Positions 20,004 to 31,163 of a DNA stretch of 31,352 nucleotides are shown piece after piece. Where the stretch lies: the sequence record SRR31156797_4828. One strand, written 5' to 3'. A model generated the notes under the pieces. That model was not told the origin of the DNA and did no database searches. It saw only the letters and a program-made list of their open reading frames with translations. Within the stretch, counting starts at the first letter, position 1. The number at the start of each line of letters is the position of its first letter. The translations under genes were made by a program, and so were the position numbers.

Positions 20004-20540
20004 CTATTTACCAGTTTTACCTTCTTTACGGCGTACAAATTCGCCAACATAACGAATTCCTTTGCCTTTGTAAGGTTCTGGAGGACGAACGCCACGGATA
20101 TTGGCAGCCAATTCGCCAACGACTTCTTTATCTGATCCTTTAACGATCACAGAAGTGTTTGAAGGAACTTCGATTTCGATTCCAGCTGGCGCTTCGATTT
20201 CAACTGGATGAGAGTAACCAACGTTCAATACAAGTTTTTTTCCTTGTAATTGAGCACGGTACCCAACCCCGATTAATTCTAACGCTTTTTGGAAACCTTC
20301 AGAAACACCAACAACCATGTTGTTGAAGTTTGCACGGGTAGTTCCGTGGATAGTTTTCATTTCTTTACTATCATTTGGACGAGTGAATGTTACTTCGTTT
20401 CCTTCGATATTCATTGTGATATCAGAAGAGAAAGTACGTGTTAATTCACCTTTAGGTCCTTTAACTGTAATGTCGTTTCCGTTTTGCTTGATTTCAACAC
20501 CAGCAGGAAGAACGACGATCTTATTACCGATACGACTCAC
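20004..20540 (-). CDS. rplF: 50S ribosomal protein L6
   Basis: SRIGNK...[13 protein letters not shown]. Confidence 0.99.
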   Translation of the reverse strand: MSRIGNKIVVLPAGVEIKQNGNDITVKGPKGELTRTFSSDITMNIEGNEVTFTRPNDSKEMKTIHGTTRANFNNMVVGVSEGFQKALELIGVGYRAQLQGKKLVLNVGYSHPVEIEAPAGIEIEVPSNTSVIVKGSDKEVVGELAANIRGVRPPEPYKGKGIRYVGEFVRRKEGKTGK

Positions 20541-20571
20541 TTAGAGGCACCTCCTTGTGGAATATTTTAAA

Positions 20572-20970
20572 TTACCATACATAAGCGACTACTTCGCCGC
20601 CAACATTTTTTGCTCTAGCTTCTTTGTCAGTGATTACACCGTCAGAAGTTGAGATAATCGCGATTCCTAGACCATTCAATACTTTTGGTACTTCGTCAGC
20701 TTTGACATAAGCACGCAAGCCTGGTTTAGAGATACGTTTTAAGTTTGTGATAACACGTTCACCGTTTTTACCGTATTTAAGAAATACGCGGATCACGCCT
20801 TGTTTGTCATCTTCAATGTATTCAACATCGCGGACGAAACCTTCACGTTTCAAGATTTCAGCGATATCACGTTTGATTTTTGAAGCAGGTACTTCTAGGC
20901 TTTCGTGTTTAACCATGTTTGCGTTACGCACGCGCGTTAGAAAATCTGCAATTGGATCTGTCATGACCAT
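20572..20970 (-). CDS. rpsH: 30S ribosomal protein S8
   Basis: [13 protein letters not shown] and ISKPGLRAY. Confidence 0.99.
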   Translation of the reverse strand: MVMTDPIADFLTRVRNANMVKHESLEVPASKIKRDIAEILKREGFVRDVEYIEDDKQGVIRVFLKYGKNGERVITNLKRISKPGLRAYVKADEVPKVLNGLGIAIISTSDGVITDKEARAKNVGGEVVAYVW

Positions 20971-21002
20971 GGGATAATTTACCTCCTTTATGCGAGTATA
21001 GT

Positions 21003-21188
21003 TTACCAGCTAGCTTTCTTCACGCCGGGAATTTGTCCTTTATAGGCAAGTTCGCGGAAGCAAATACGGCAAAGATGAAATTTACGATAAACTGAATGTG
21101 GACGTCCGCAACGTTCACAACGAGTATATTCTTGCGTTGAGAATTTAGCAGGGCGTTTGTTTTTAGCAATCATTGATTTTTTAGCCAC
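21003..21188 (-). CDS. rpsN: 30S ribosomal protein S14, type Z (Zn-binding)
   Basis: 61 aa with CERC...CRIC. Confidence 0.98.
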   Translation of the reverse strand: MAKKSMIAKNKRPAKFSTQEYTRCERCGRPHSVYRKFHLCRICFRELAYKGQIPGVKKASW

Positions 21189-21206
21189 GTAGTTCGCCTC
21201 CTTTTT

Positions 21207-21746
21207 TTATTTTTGGAATGGCATGCCTAATTGTGTCAACAATTCACGAGATTCTTCATCTGTGTTTGCTGTTGTTACAATCACGATATCCATACCACGT
21301 ACTTTGTCGATCAAATCATAATCTACTTCAGGGAAAATCAATTGTTCTTTGATACCTAAAGTGTAGTTTCCGCGTCCGTCGAACGCTTTTTTGCTCACAC
21401 CGTGGAAGTCACGGACACGTGGCAATGACACACTTACTAGTTTATCTAAGAATTCATACATTCTTTCGCCGCGTAGAGTTACTTTCGCACCGATTGGCAT
21501 TCCTTCACGTAAACGGAATCCTGCGATAGATTTTTTCGCTTTTGTGATCAATGGTTTTTGACCTGAGATCAATTGTAATTCTTCAACAGCTTTGTCTAAG
21601 TTTTTAGCATTAGAAACAGCGTCACCGACACCCATGTTGATAACGATTTTATCAACTTTTGGTGCTTCCATGATTGAGCTGTAGTTAAATTTGTCCATTA
21701 ATGATGGGACAACTTCTTTTGAATATTTTTCTTTAAGGCGGTTCAT
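21207..21746 (-). CDS. rplE: 50S ribosomal protein L5
   Basis: KIVINMGVG and [10 protein letters not shown]. Confidence 0.99.
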   Translation of the reverse strand: MNRLKEKYSKEVVPSLMDKFNYSSIMEAPKVDKIVINMGVGDAVSNAKNLDKAVEELQLISGQKPLITKAKKSIAGFRLREGMPIGAKVTLRGERMYEFLDKLVSVSLPRVRDFHGVSKKAFDGRGNYTLGIKEQLIFPEVDYDLIDKVRGMDIVIVTTANTDEESRELLTQLGMPFQK

Positions 21747-21773
21747 CTGTTAGCCCCTCCTTCCTTCATCAGA

Positions 21774-22085
21774 TTATTTATCAAGAACTTCTCCGGTTTT
21801 CTTAGAAACGCGGACTTTTTTGCCGTCAACTTCTTTGTAACCGACACGCGTAGCTTCACCGTTCGATGGATCAACCACCATCACGTTAGAAACATGAATT
21901 GGTGCTTCCATTTCAACGATTCCGCCTTGAGGAGCAGTTTGAGAAGGTTTTTGGTGTTTTTTGACAACATTGACACCTTCAACAACGACTTTGTCATTTT
22001 TAGGAAACGCTGCTAGCACAACGCCTTCTTTGTTTTTGTCTTTACCAGTGATAACTTTAACTTTATCGCCTTTTTTAACAAACAT
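21774..22085 (-). CDS. rplX: 50S ribosomal protein L24
   Basis: [14 protein letters not shown] (KOW motif) and EAPIHVSNV. Confidence 0.99.
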   Translation of the reverse strand: MFVKKGDKVKVITGKDKNKEGVVLAAFPKNDKVVVEGVNVVKKHQKPSQTAPQGGIVEMEAPIHVSNVMVVDPSNGEATRVGYKEVDGKKVRVSKKTGEVLDK

Positions 22086-22120
22086 GTTTGTTTCGCACCT
22101 CCTTTAGATAAGAATCACTA

Positions 22121-22519
<399 letters not shown>

Positions 22520-22549
22520 TCACAATCTATATAGGAAAATCTCGTGTGA

Positions 22550-22816
22550 TTAGATAATCACTGCCTTTTCAACAATCTCTACTAGACGGAAACGTTTCGT
22601 AGCTGATAATGGACGAGTTTCCATAATTTTCACGATATCGCCAACTTTTGCTTCGTTGTTTTCATCGTGTGCTTTGTATTTCTTAGAATAGTTCAGACGT
22701 TTGCCGTAGATAGGGTGGTTTTTCTTTGTTTCAACGACAACAGAGATAGTTTTATCCATTTTGTCTGATACCACGCGACCTTGGTAAACTTTGCGTTGAT
22801 TTCTTTCTTCAGTCAT
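22550..22816 (-). CDS. rpsQ: 30S ribosomal protein S17
   Basis: [11 protein letters not shown] and ETRPLSATK. Confidence 0.99.
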   Translation of the reverse strand: MTEERNQRKVYQGRVVSDKMDKTISVVVETKKNHPIYGKRLNYSKKYKAHDENNEAKVGDIVKIMETRPLSATKRFRLVEIVEKAVII

Positions 22817-22840
22817 ACGCTAAATGGCCTCCTTCCACTA

Positions 22841-23029
22841 TTACTTAACTTGTTCACGCAATACTGTTTTAATGCGTGCAATCGATTTACGTACTTCTTT
22901 GATACGTGCAGTGTTTTCTAATTGACCTGTTGCTAATTGGAATCTAAGATTGAACAATTCTTCTTTCAATTGTTTTTCTTGATCTAGCATTTCGGCAGTG
23001 GTTAATTCTCTGATTTCTTTAACCTTCAT
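22841..23029 (-). CDS. rpmC: 50S ribosomal protein L29
   Basis: ATG 23029 (MKVKEIR), 62 aa, [14 protein letters not shown]; overlaps the end of rplP. Confidence 0.98.
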   Translation of the reverse strand: MKVKEIRELTTAEMLDQEKQLKEELFNLRFQLATGQLENTARIKEVRKSIARIKTVLREQVK

Positions 23030-23453
23030 TCGATTCACCACCCATTTCCTCACGTTTTACGATCTTCGTTTTCACTGGTAATTTGTGAGAAGCAAGACGT
23101 AGCGCTTCGCGCGCAACTTCTTCAGGTACACCGGCAATTTCAAACATGATTTTACCACGTTTAACTGGTGATACCCATCCTTCAGGAGCCCCTTTACCAG
23201 AACCCATACGTACCCCGATAGCTTTGGCAGTATAAGATTTGTGAGGGAAAATTTTGATCCATACTTTCCCGCCACGTTTCATATAACGAGTCATTGCGAT
23301 ACGGGCAGCTTCGATTTGACGGTTTGTGATCCAGTGTGATTCAACAGCTTGTAAGCCGTATTCACCGAATGCTACTTCTTTTCCGCCTTTCGCTTCGCCA
23401 CGCATTTTTCCGCGGAACTCACGACGGTGTTTTACACGTTTAGGTACTAACAT
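23019..23453 (-). CDS. rplP: 50S ribosomal protein L16
   Basis: [10 protein letters not shown] and RMGSGKG. Confidence 0.99.
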   Translation of the reverse strand: MLVPKRVKHRREFRGKMRGEAKGGKEVAFGEYGLQAVESHWITNRQIEAARIAMTRYMKRGGKVWIKIFPHKSYTAKAIGVRMGSGKGAPEGWVSPVKRGKIMFEIAGVPEEVAREALRLASHKLPVKTKIVKREEMGGESNEG

Positions 23454-23455
23454 GT

Positions 23456-24112
23456 TTATTTCCCTCCTTTCTCAGTGTTCTTTTTAGTTGGAAGAACTTC
23501 TCCACGATAAATCCACACTTTAACTCCTAGTTTTCCGTATGTTGTATCTGCTTCTTCCCATGCGTAATCAATGTCCGCACGTAATGTATGAAGTGGAACT
23601 GTTCCTTCTGAGTAACCTTCTGAACGAGCGATATCCGCACCATTTAGACGGCCAGAAACTTGTGTTTTGATTCCTTTAGCGCCAGAACGCATTGTGCGTT
23701 GGATCGCTTGTTTTTGAGCACGACGGAAAGCAACACGGTTTTCTAATTGACGTGCGATTCCTTCGCCTACTAATTTAGCATCTAAATCTGGTTTTTTGAT
23801 TTCAACGATGTTGATGTGAACTCGTTTGCCAGTTAGGCTATTTAATTCTTTTCTTAGGTTTTCGACTTCAGATCCGCCTTTACCGATAACCATACCTGGT
23901 TTAGCTGTGTGGATTGAAATATTCACGCGGTTTGCTGCACGCTCGATCTCAACTGTAGACACAGCGGCATCAGCAAGTTTAGATGCGATAAATTTACGGA
24001 TTTTCAAATCTTCATGTAGAAATTCAGCATACTCTTTTTCAGCATACCATTTAGCATCCCAGTCACGGATGATGCCTACACGCATTCCAATTGGATGTAC
24101 TTTTTGACCCAC
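23456..24112 (-). CDS. rpsC: 30S ribosomal protein S3
   Basis: MGQKVHPIG and [11 protein letters not shown]. Confidence 0.99.
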   Translation of the reverse strand: MGQKVHPIGMRVGIIRDWDAKWYAEKEYAEFLHEDLKIRKFIASKLADAAVSTVEIERAANRVNISIHTAKPGMVIGKGGSEVENLRKELNSLTGKRVHINIVEIKKPDLDAKLVGEGIARQLENRVAFRRAQKQAIQRTMRSGAKGIKTQVSGRLNGADIARSEGYSEGTVPLHTLRADIDYAWEEADTTYGKLGVKVWIYRGEVLPTKKNTEKGGK

Positions 24113-24125
24113 TGATTGTCCCTCC

Positions 24126-24473
24126 TTATTTTTCTGATACGACTACAGTAATATGACTTGTACGTTTGTTGATCGGTGAAGCTGAACCTTTCGCACGTGG
24201 ACGGAAACGTTTCATCGTTGGTCCTTCGTTTACGAATGCTTCAGAAACAATCAAGTTTTCAACATCTAAGTCAAAATTATTTTCTGCATTGGCAATAGCT
24301 GACATCAAGACTTTCTCGATGATTCCAGCTGCTTTATTTGGTGTGAACTTTAAGATCGCGATTGCTTCAGCAACGCTTTTCCCTCTGATTAAGTCAATAA
24401 CTAGACGAGATTTACGAGGAGAAACGCGGACTGTTTTAGCAGTTGCTTTCGCTGATGTGATTTGTTCTGCCAT
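24126..24473 (-). CDS. rplV: 50S ribosomal protein L22
   Basis: ATG 24473 (MAEQIT) after a [27 protein letters not shown]. Confidence 0.98.
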   Translation of the reverse strand: MAEQITSAKATAKTVRVSPRKSRLVIDLIRGKSVAEAIAILKFTPNKAAGIIEKVLMSAIANAENNFDLDVENLIVSEAFVNEGPTMKRFRPRAKGSASPINKRTSHITVVVSEK

Positions 24474-24496
24474 TTTTGGATATCCTCCCCTCAAAA

Positions 24497-24775
24497 TTAG
24501 CGTCTTGTTTTCTTATCATCGGCAGCATGTCCGCGATAAGTTCTTGTTGGTGCAAATTCACCTAATTTGTGTCCTACCATGTCTTCTTGGATGTAAACTG
24601 GTACATGTTTCCGTCCATCATACACAGCAATTGTAAATCCGATAAAATTAGGGAAAATTGTAGAACGACGTGACCAAGTTTTGATCACTTTTTTCTTTTC
24701 AGCGCCTTCTTGTGCTTCGACCTTTTTCATCAAATGGTCATCGACAAAAGGTCCTTTTTTCAAACTACGACCCAT
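24497..24775 (-). CDS. rpsS: 30S ribosomal protein S19
   Basis: [10 protein letters not shown] and [11 protein letters not shown]. Confidence 0.99.
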   Translation of the reverse strand: MGRSLKKGPFVDDHLMKKVEAQEGAEKKKVIKTWSRRSTIFPNFIGFTIAVYDGRKHVPVYIQEDMVGHKLGEFAPTRTYRGHAADDKKTRR

Positions 24776-24817
24776 GGTGTACCTCCTCTCAAAATGTGCG
24801 ACACACGGTCAAGTATA

Positions 24818-25651
24818 TTACTTAGTTTTACGACGACGAACGATAAGTTTGTCTGATTTTGCTTTTTTGTTACGTGTTTTGTAGCCAAGTGCTGGTTGTC
24901 CCCAAGGAGAAACTGGTGCTTTACGTCCGATTGGTGCTTTACCTTCACCACCACCGTGTGGGTGATCATTAGGGTTCATTACGCTACCACGTACAGTTGG
25001 GCGTTTGCGCATCCAACGAGAACGACCGGCTTTACCGATGTTGATCAATTCGTGTTGTTCATTACCAACAGAACCGATTGTTGCACGACATGATGCTAAG
25101 ATCATCCGTACTTCACCAGAGTTCAAGCGAATCAATACGTATTTGCCTTCTTTACCAAGTACTTGAGCACTTGTTCCAGCTGAACGAATCAATTGTCCAC
25201 CTTTACCAGGTTTCATTTCGATGTTGTGGATAACAGTACCGACTGGAATGTTTTCTAGTGGTAATGCATTCCCTACTTTAATATCTGCATCTGGACCAGA
25301 AACGACAGTCATGCCAACTTCTAATCCTTTAGGTGCTAAGATGTATGCTTTTACTCCATCCTCGTAATGTACTAACGCAATGTTAGCAGAACGGTTTGGA
25401 TCATATTCAATCGTTTTAACCGTAGCAACGACGTTGTCTTTGTTACGTTTGAAATCGATCAAACGGTATTGACGTTTGTGACCGCCACCTTGATGACGAA
25501 CCGTGATACGTCCGTTGTTGTTACGACCAGCATTGTTTTTCAAAGGAGCTAACAATGTTTTTTCTGGTGTTGAAGTTGTGATTTCAGCGAAATCAGAACT
25601 TGTCATATTACGACGGCCGTTCGTGGTAGGTTTGTACTTTTTAATCGCCAC
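24818..25651 (-). CDS. rplB: 50S ribosomal protein L2
   Basis: EYDPNRSA and [13 protein letters not shown]. Confidence 0.99.
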   Translation of the reverse strand: MAIKKYKPTTNGRRNMTSSDFAEITTSTPEKTLLAPLKNNAGRNNNGRITVRHQGGGHKRQYRLIDFKRNKDNVVATVKTIEYDPNRSANIALVHYEDGVKAYILAPKGLEVGMTVVSGPDADIKVGNALPLENIPVGTVIHNIEMKPGKGGQLIRSAGTSAQVLGKEGKYVLIRLNSGEVRMILASCRATIGSVGNEQHELINIGKAGRSRWMRKRPTVRGSVMNPNDHPHGGGEGKAPIGRKAPVSPWGQPALGYKTRNKKAKSDKLIVRRRKTK

Positions 25652-25690
25652 GTCTTTTTCCCTCCCATGTAAAATTTATGCGTGAGTTGC

Positions 25691-25984
25691 TTATTCAGCA
25701 GCTTCGAAAATTTGGATTTCTTTAGAATCTTCAGTTAAAGTCACAACAGCTTTGCGACGTTTTTTTGTATATCCTGCATATTTACCCATGCGTTTGAATT
25801 TAGGACGAACGTTGATGATGTTCACGTTTGCCACTTTCACTCCGTCAAAGGCAGCTTCTACAGCTTGTTTTACTAAAGTTTTGTTAGCTTTTGTGTCCAC
25901 TTCAAAAGTGTATTTCTTGTCATCCATGGCAAGCATTGATTTTTCAGTGATCACTGGGCGTTTAATAACGTCTAGTAAGTTCAT
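25691..25984 (-). CDS. rplW: 50S ribosomal protein L23
   Basis: PVITEKS, YTFEVD, KAVVTL. Confidence 0.99.
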   Translation of the reverse strand: MNLLDVIKRPVITEKSMLAMDDKKYTFEVDTKANKTLVKQAVEAAFDGVKVANVNIINVRPKFKRMGKYAGYTKKRRKAVVTLTEDSKEIQIFEAAE

Positions 25985-26607
25985 TATGCAAGCACCTCCT
26001 CGATCTGAGTAAGAGCAGTTTGTGTCACTAACATTTTGTCGTTAGAAACGATGTCTAGCACACTAATGTTATCAGCAGTAACTACAGAAACTTTTGGCAA
26101 GTTGCGCGCAGATAAAGCGGCAAAGTCGTTTTCAGATTCTAAAACTACCAATACTTTAGAGTCAATTGTCAAGTTAGCTAAAACTTGTTTGAATTCTTTT
26201 GTTTTTGGAGCATCAAAGCTTAATCCTTCTACTGCTACCAAGTTATTTGAAGCAACTTTTTCTGACAATACAGATTTCATTGCTAAGCGACGAACTTTTT
26301 TAGGAAGTTTGTAGCTGTATGAACGTGGTGTTGGTCCGAAGACTACGCCACCTCCACGCCATTGTGGTGAACGGATTGAACCTTGACGGGCACGTCCAGT
26401 TCCTTTTTGGCGCCATGGTTTACGGCCACCGCCACGAACGGCACTGCGGTTTTTCACAGCGTGTGTTCCTTGTCTTAATGAAGCGCGTTGCATGATGATT
26501 GCATCATAGACAACTGATTCATTTGGTTCGATTCCGAAGATTTCTTCGTTCAATGTAATTTCGCCATTTTGGCTTCCATCTTGTTTGAATAATGCTACAT
26601 TCGGCAT
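25984..26607 (-). CDS. rplD: 50S ribosomal protein L4
   Basis: [25 protein letters not shown]. Confidence 0.99.
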   Translation of the reverse strand: MPNVALFKQDGSQNGEITLNEEIFGIEPNESVVYDAIIMQRASLRQGTHAVKNRSAVRGGGRKPWRQKGTGRARQGSIRSPQWRGGGVVFGPTPRSYSYKLPKKVRRLAMKSVLSEKVASNNLVAVEGLSFDAPKTKEFKQVLANLTIDSKVLVVLESENDFAALSARNLPKVSVVTADNISVLDIVSNDKMLVTQTALTQIEEVLA

Positions 26608-26636
26608 TCCTTAGTTCCTCCTTTCTTCCTATCTAC

Positions 26637-27266
26637 TTATTTAGCTTTCACAGCTGATTTGATTGTAATCAATGATTTTTTCGCGCCAGGTACATTACCT
26701 TTGATCAAGATAACGTTGCGTTCTGCGTCTACGCGTACGATTTCCAAGTTTTGGATCGTGATGCGATTTCCGCCCATACGTCCAGCAAGACGTTTGTTTT
26801 TAAATACACGGTTAGGTGCAACTGGACCCATTGATCCAGGACGACGGTGGTAACGAGAACCGTGAGCCATTGGTCCGCGGCTTTGTCCGTGACGTTTGAT
26901 AACGCCTTGGAATCCTTTACCTTTCGAAGTGCCGGTTACATCGATGATGTCTCCTGCTTCAAAAATATCAACTTTGATTTCTGATCCTACTTCTAAGCCC
27001 TCTAGCTCTACATTCTTGAATTCGCGAATGAAGCGCTTAGGAGCCGTGTTTGCTTTTGCAACATGACCTTTCGCAGGTTTGTTAGACAAAACTTCACGCA
27101 TATCTTGGTAGCCGACTTGAATTGCTTCGTAGCCGTCATTTTCGATTGTTTTCACTTGTAGCACTACGTTTGGTGTAGCTTCTACTACAGTTACTGGAAT
27201 CAATTCGCCAGATTCAGTGAAGATTTGAGTCATTCCCACTTTTTTCCCTAAGATTCCTTTGGTCAT
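26637..27266 (-). CDS. rplC: 50S ribosomal protein L3
   Basis: GKKVGMTQ and [13 protein letters not shown]. Confidence 0.99.
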   Translation of the reverse strand: MTKGILGKKVGMTQIFTESGELIPVTVVEATPNVVLQVKTIENDGYEAIQVGYQDMREVLSNKPAKGHVAKANTAPKRFIREFKNVELEGLEVGSEIKVDIFEAGDIIDVTGTSKGKGFQGVIKRHGQSRGPMAHGSRYHRRPGSMGPVAPNRVFKNKRLAGRMGGNRITIQNLEIVRVDAERNVILIKGNVPGAKKSLITIKSAVKAK

Positions 27267-27288
27267 GATTACACCTCCATCTTAATTA

Positions 27289-27597
27289 TTATAGTTTGAT
27301 TTCGATATTAACACCGCTTGGCAAGTCTAGCTTCATTAAAGCATCAACAGTTTTTGGTGTTGGATTCACAATGTCGATTAGACGTTTGTGTGTACGCATT
27401 TCGAATTGTTCGCGTGAATCTTTGTATTTGTGCGTCGCACGGATGATCGTGTACAAGCTGCGTTCAGTTGGTAATGGAATTGGACCAGATACGCCAGCTC
27501 CAGTTCTCTTTGCAGTTTCTACGATTTTATCCGCTGATTGATCTAAAATACGATGTTCATACGCTTTTAAACGGATACGAATTTTTTGTTTTGCCAT
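27289..27597 (-). CDS. rpsJ: 30S ribosomal protein S10
   Basis: ATG 27597 ([13 protein letters not shown]) after AAGGAGG; 102 aa. Confidence 0.99.
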   Translation of the reverse strand: MAKQKIRIRLKAYEHRILDQSADKIVETAKRTGAGVSGPIPLPTERSLYTIIRATHKYKDSREQFEMRTHKRLIDIVNPTPKTVDALMKLDLPSGVNIEIKL

Positions 27598-27765
27598 TGT
27601 TTTCCCTCCTTCGCCTATTTTGAAAAGTAGACATAGCTCCACGAAAATTTTCCGTCACGCTCGTCCATGGCAAAGCGTCCGGGCGTGTCGCAACCTCTCG
27701 TTTCGTAGCCGGCAGAAAATTTCTTTGCTGCCAGTGTGACTTACGTATTTACGTAAACAGCACCT
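27598..27765 (-). promoter_or_regulatory. About 165-nt 5' leader of the S10 operon (candidate cis-regulatory RNA)
   Basis: Lies between the promoter and rpsJ; contains GAGAGGTTGCGACACGCCCGG...TTTGCCATGG and a GGCAG/CTGCC stem, resembling Firmicutes rpsJ leaders as I recall them. Confidence 0.6.
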
Positions 27766-27770
27766 TTATG

Positions 27771-27799
27771 ATTATATTACGGATAAACATTGATTGCAA
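27771..27799 (-). promoter_or_regulatory. sigma-A promoter of the S10-spc-alpha operon
   Basis: TTGCAA-17 bp-TATAAT with an A-tract (UP-like) just upstream. Confidence 0.85.
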
Positions 27800-27871
27800 G
27801 CTTTTTTTATGGAAAAACCGGGATTCTTTTGCATTTCTTTCAGAAAATTTTCTTTTGTTTTCGAAACACAG

Positions 27872-27897
27872 AAAAAGAAGCGTTGCCCGCTTCTTTT
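27872..27897. terminator. Terminator after pdxK (symmetric)
   Basis: AAAAGAAGCG-ttgcc-CGCTTCTTTT. Confidence 0.7.
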
Positions 27898-27937
27898 AAG
27901 TGCTTCTTCAATTCCTATTTATATAGAAGAAAACCTG

Positions 27938-28768
27938 CTATTGCGGCGCTTCTTCCTTCATACGGTCTTGGGCGTGGGTATAGGCACCGTGCCACACATG
28001 ACCCACATAAGGATTGATGACCACGCCTTCTTTGATTGCTGCTGTGACAAAGGCTTTTGCTAAGCGAATACTTTCCACGACGGTTTTTCCTTTTGCAAGA
28101 CCAGCAGCGATCGCTGCTGAAAAGGTGCAGCCTGCTCCGTGATTAAAATCGGTAGCGATTTTGTCACTTTCCAACAGGAGGAAGGATTCTCCATCATAAA
28201 CAAGGTCGATGGCTTTTGCTCCTGGCAAGCGATGACCGCCTTTGATCACGACGTATTTAGCACCTAATTGATGGATTTTTTCAGCAGCTTGCTTCATGGC
28301 TTCCACACTCGTCAAATCACCCAAACCTGAAAGAATCCCCGCTTCTACTAAATTAGGGGTGACAACATCTGCTAAAGGCAACAAATGCGTGATGATGGCA
28401 TCGACACTTTTTGGCTGTAAGATTTCTGCGGTCCCTTTGCAAGCAATGACGGGATCGATCACCACATTTTTGACTTGCTGTTGTTGAATCATCTTCGCTG
28501 CTTGCACAATATTGTCTTCATTGCCTAACATCCCCGTTTTAAGGGCATCCATCGGATCACCTGCAAAGGCGGAGATCAATTGCTTTTCAACAAGCGCTGG
28601 TTCCATTGCTGTTACTTCATGGCTCCAACCCGCTTGTGGATCCATCGTGACGATCGAAGCAATCGTGGCAAAACCAAAGACACCATACTCCTGAAACGTT
28701 TTTAAATCCGCTTCGATACCGGCACCTCCGGTTGAATCAGACCCGGCAATTGATATTACTTTTTCCAT
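27938..28768 (-). CDS. pdxK: ThiD-like pyridoxal/HMP kinase (Firmicutes PdxK subclass)
   Basis: IAGSDSTGGAGIEADLKTF, VVIDPVIACKG (Cys typical of the pyridoxal kinase subclass), TPNLVEA and HGAGCT; probable start ATG 28768. Confidence 0.75.
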   Translation of the reverse strand: MEKVISIAGSDSTGGAGIEADLKTFQEYGVFGFATIASIVTMDPQAGWSHEVTAMEPALVEKQLISAFAGDPMDALKTGMLGNEDNIVQAAKMIQQQQVKNVVIDPVIACKGTAEILQPKSVDAIITHLLPLADVVTPNLVEAGILSGLGDLTSVEAMKQAAEKIHQLGAKYVVIKGGHRLPGAKAIDLVYDGESFLLLESDKIATDFNHGAGCTFSAAIAAGLAKGKTVVESIRLAKAFVTAAIKEGVVINPYVGHVWHGAYTHAQDRMKEEAPQ

Positions 28769-28815
28769 CTTCCTCATCTCCTTGTGCTTTTTGCTAAGTA
28801 TAGTCAATCTTCCCC

Positions 28816-28844
28816 TTGACGAAAAGAGCCATTTGGCTTATTTT
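28816..28844 (+). promoter_or_regulatory. Candidate promoter for the MocR-nitroreductase operon
   Basis: TTGACG-17 bp-TATTTT; the spacer contains the IR AGCCA-TT-TGGCT. Confidence 0.45.
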
Positions 28845-28876
28845 TAAACCATCCAATTGAAAAAAGGTGGTGCAGG

Positions 28877-30322
28877 ATGGCTTCATCAAGTATCGACAAA
28901 CAAAAGAAACAACCGATTTACCAGCAGATCGTGACCCATTTTATCGAAGAGATCCAAGCGGGAACCTATGGACCTGGGGATCGTTTACCACCAGAGCGCA
29001 GCCTTGCTCAGACTTTTGAAGTCAACCGTTCCACCGTCGTCAAAGCGTTAGATGAATTGAAGAGCTTAGGATGGATCGAACGAAAACAAGGCAGCGGCTC
29101 TCACGTATTGGAAGGTCGTTGGGGGAACCGCCAAACACCGCTTTCTTATTTGCGCTCGTCTTTAAGCAGCCCTTACTTGCAGCAAGACCCTTACGTTCAA
29201 CAGATTCAGCACTTGCGCACCGAGAAGGATGTGCTGGATCTGTACACAGGTGATCTACCTGCCGATCTGATTCCCGACTTCACGTTTCCCGCCTTTACAT
29301 GGGAAGAGATCCGCAAAGAAAGCACCAAAGTATTACCGACTGGTTATGAGCCTTTGCAAGAAATCTTATTGCAGCACCTTGCTGATTCCTTCAATTTGCC
29401 CACCAGCGGTCAAAAACTAGTAATTACTGCCGGTTCGACGCAAGGAATCACTTTGCTGATGCAAGTCTTATTGCAGACGGGGGATTGTATCGCGACAGAG
29501 GACCCTTCTTTCTTGTTCTCTCTCCCCTTGTTTTCCACGATGAATGTCCAGTTGATTGGGATCAAACAAGATAGCGAAGGGATGCGACCCGCCGCATTGG
29601 AAAAAGTGTTGAAGGAAAAGAAGATCAAATTCGTCTATCTGAACCCCACCTTCCAAAACCCAACTGGCCACACCATGAGCGAGCATCGGCGCCAAGCGAT
29701 CATCCGCCTTTGCCAGACCTACCAAGTACCGATCATTGAGGATGATGTTTTTAGCGAGTTGGCTTTTGATGAAGTACCGCCCAAGCTAAAATCCATGGCT
29801 CCCGAAACCGTCATTTATTTAGGCTCGCTTTCAAAATTACTTGGGTCATCAATCAAAATCGGCTGGCTTTTGGTGCCAGAAGCGTTAGCCGACCAATTTG
29901 CCCAAGCGAAAAAACGGATGGCGATCGATACCACGATCTTCCCGCAAGTCCTTGCCAACATCGCCTTACGCTCCTCTGATTACCACCAGCAGCAGCGGAC
30001 ACTGCTTACAGAAATGGCCCAGCGCCAGCAAGACCTACTCCAACTCTTGCAGGCATTTCAGGAGGACTGGCAATGGCAGCCGACGAAAGGCGGTCTTTAC
30101 CTGTGGTTGACTTGGCGTCACCGCACATTGACTCGCAAAGATTGGTCGCTCTTTTTGGCGAACGATTGCTTAGTAGCACCTGCGTTTCTTTTCAGTAACG
30201 ATACGAATGGCTTGCGTCTGAACTATACCCGCTTAGCCAAAGATGATTTACCACGATTTCAAGAACGATTCACAAAAATCACCCAACAGTTAAAGGAGCA
30301 AACCTATGAACGAAACCATTGA
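28877..30322 (+). CDS. MocR/GabR-family regulator (GntR wHTH plus PLP-dependent aminotransferase-like domain)
   Basis: GDRLPPERSLAQ...VNRSTV..A..EL wHTH; FQNPTG, IIEDD and GSLSK (PLP lysine). Confidence 0.92.
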   Translation: MASSSIDKQKKQPIYQQIVTHFIEEIQAGTYGPGDRLPPERSLAQTFEVNRSTVVKALDELKSLGWIERKQGSGSHVLEGRWGNRQTPLSYLRSSLSSPYLQQDPYVQQIQHLRTEKDVLDLYTGDLPADLIPDFTFPAFTWEEIRKESTKVLPTGYEPLQEILLQHLADSFNLPTSGQKLVITAGSTQGITLLMQVLLQTGDCIATEDPSFLFSLPLFSTMNVQLIGIKQDSEGMRPAALEKVLKEKKIKFVYLNPTFQNPTGHTMSEHRRQAIIRLCQTYQVPIIEDDVFSELAFDEVPPKLKSMAPETVIYLGSLSKLLGSSIKIGWLLVPEALADQFAQAKKRMAIDTTIFPQVLANIALRSSDYHQQQRTLLTEMAQRQQDLLQLLQAFQEDWQWQPTKGGLYLWLTWRHRTLTRKDWSLFLANDCLVAPAFLFSNDTNGLRLNYTRLAKDDLPRFQERFTKITQQLKEQTYERNH

Positions 30323-31031
30323 GCTTTTGCACAATCATCGCACTTACCGACAATTTGACCCTGACTACCGCTTGAGCCAAGAACAAGTAACCGCGATTTT
30401 GACTGCCGCTCGTCAAGCACCAAGCTGGATGAATGGGCAAGCCTATTCGATCCTGGTGATCGACGACCCGCAGATCCGCAAACAAATGGTCGAATGGAAT
30501 CCCGGCAATCCTCATATCGCAGCAAGTTCGCTCTTTCTGCTGTTTCTCGCAGATTTAAACCGAACCAAAAAAGTTGCTGAGAAAAAACAGACCCCCTATC
30601 CAATCGATGAGGGCTATCAGCCATTATTGATCGCCACCACTGATGCCAGCATTGCTTTACAATCTGGTGCGATCGCTGCTGAATCGCTGGGCTTAGGTAC
30701 CGTCATTTCCGGCAGTGTCCGCAAAGACAGCGCCAAAATCGCTGAATTGTTGCACTTACCGGAATATGTCTACCCTGTGGCTGGCTTGAGCATCGGTAAA
30801 CCAATCGTAGAAATGAAGGTCAAGCCTCGTTTGCCAGAAGAAGCGGTCATTCATTACAACCACTATCAGGACTATTCTTATGAGTCGATCGAAGCCTACG
30901 ATCAAACAATGACTGATTTTGGAGAAGCTCGCGAGACCAAACCATGGTCAGGAAAATTTGCTGGGTTTTACCGCAATCGCCCTGACCAAGGATTTGACGC
31001 CTTCTTGAAGAAGCAAAAACTAATAAAATAA
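30306..31031 (+). CDS. NfrA/NfsA-family NADPH-flavin oxidoreductase (nitroreductase)
   Basis: HRTYRQF, APSWMNGQAYS, AAESLGLGTV and KPRLP; overlaps the MocR gene by 17 bp, with an AAGGAG SD inside it. Confidence 0.88.
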   Translation: MNETIELLHNHRTYRQFDPDYRLSQEQVTAILTAARQAPSWMNGQAYSILVIDDPQIRKQMVEWNPGNPHIAASSLFLLFLADLNRTKKVAEKKQTPYPIDEGYQPLLIATTDASIALQSGAIAAESLGLGTVISGSVRKDSAKIAELLHLPEYVYPVAGLSIGKPIVEMKVKPRLPEEAVIHYNHYQDYSYESIEAYDQTMTDFGEARETKPWSGKFAGFYRNRPDQGFDAFLKKQKLIK

Positions 31032-31102
31032 AAAGCACCGCTCTCTTTAGCTTCGATGAACCACAGTGGATTCGTCAACGCTAGAGATGGCGGCTCTTTT
31101 TT
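31031..31102 (+). terminator. Long imperfect hairpin with T-tract after the nitroreductase gene
   Basis: CCGC..TCT.TAGC..GATGAA-CCAC a GTGG-ATTCGTC..GCTAGAGA.GGCGG followed by T6. Confidence 0.55.
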
Positions 31103-31115
31103 GGTTCTACGAGTT

Positions 31116-31151
31116 AAAAAAAAGAGCAAAAGCGCGTACGCTTTTGCTCTT
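31116..31151 (-). terminator. tuf intrinsic terminator
   Basis: Perfect 13-bp stem AAGAGCAAAAGCG/CGCTTTTGCTCTT with a 4-nt loop and a T-tract on the minus strand. Confidence 0.9.
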
Positions 31152-31163
31152 CGATCAATCAAA

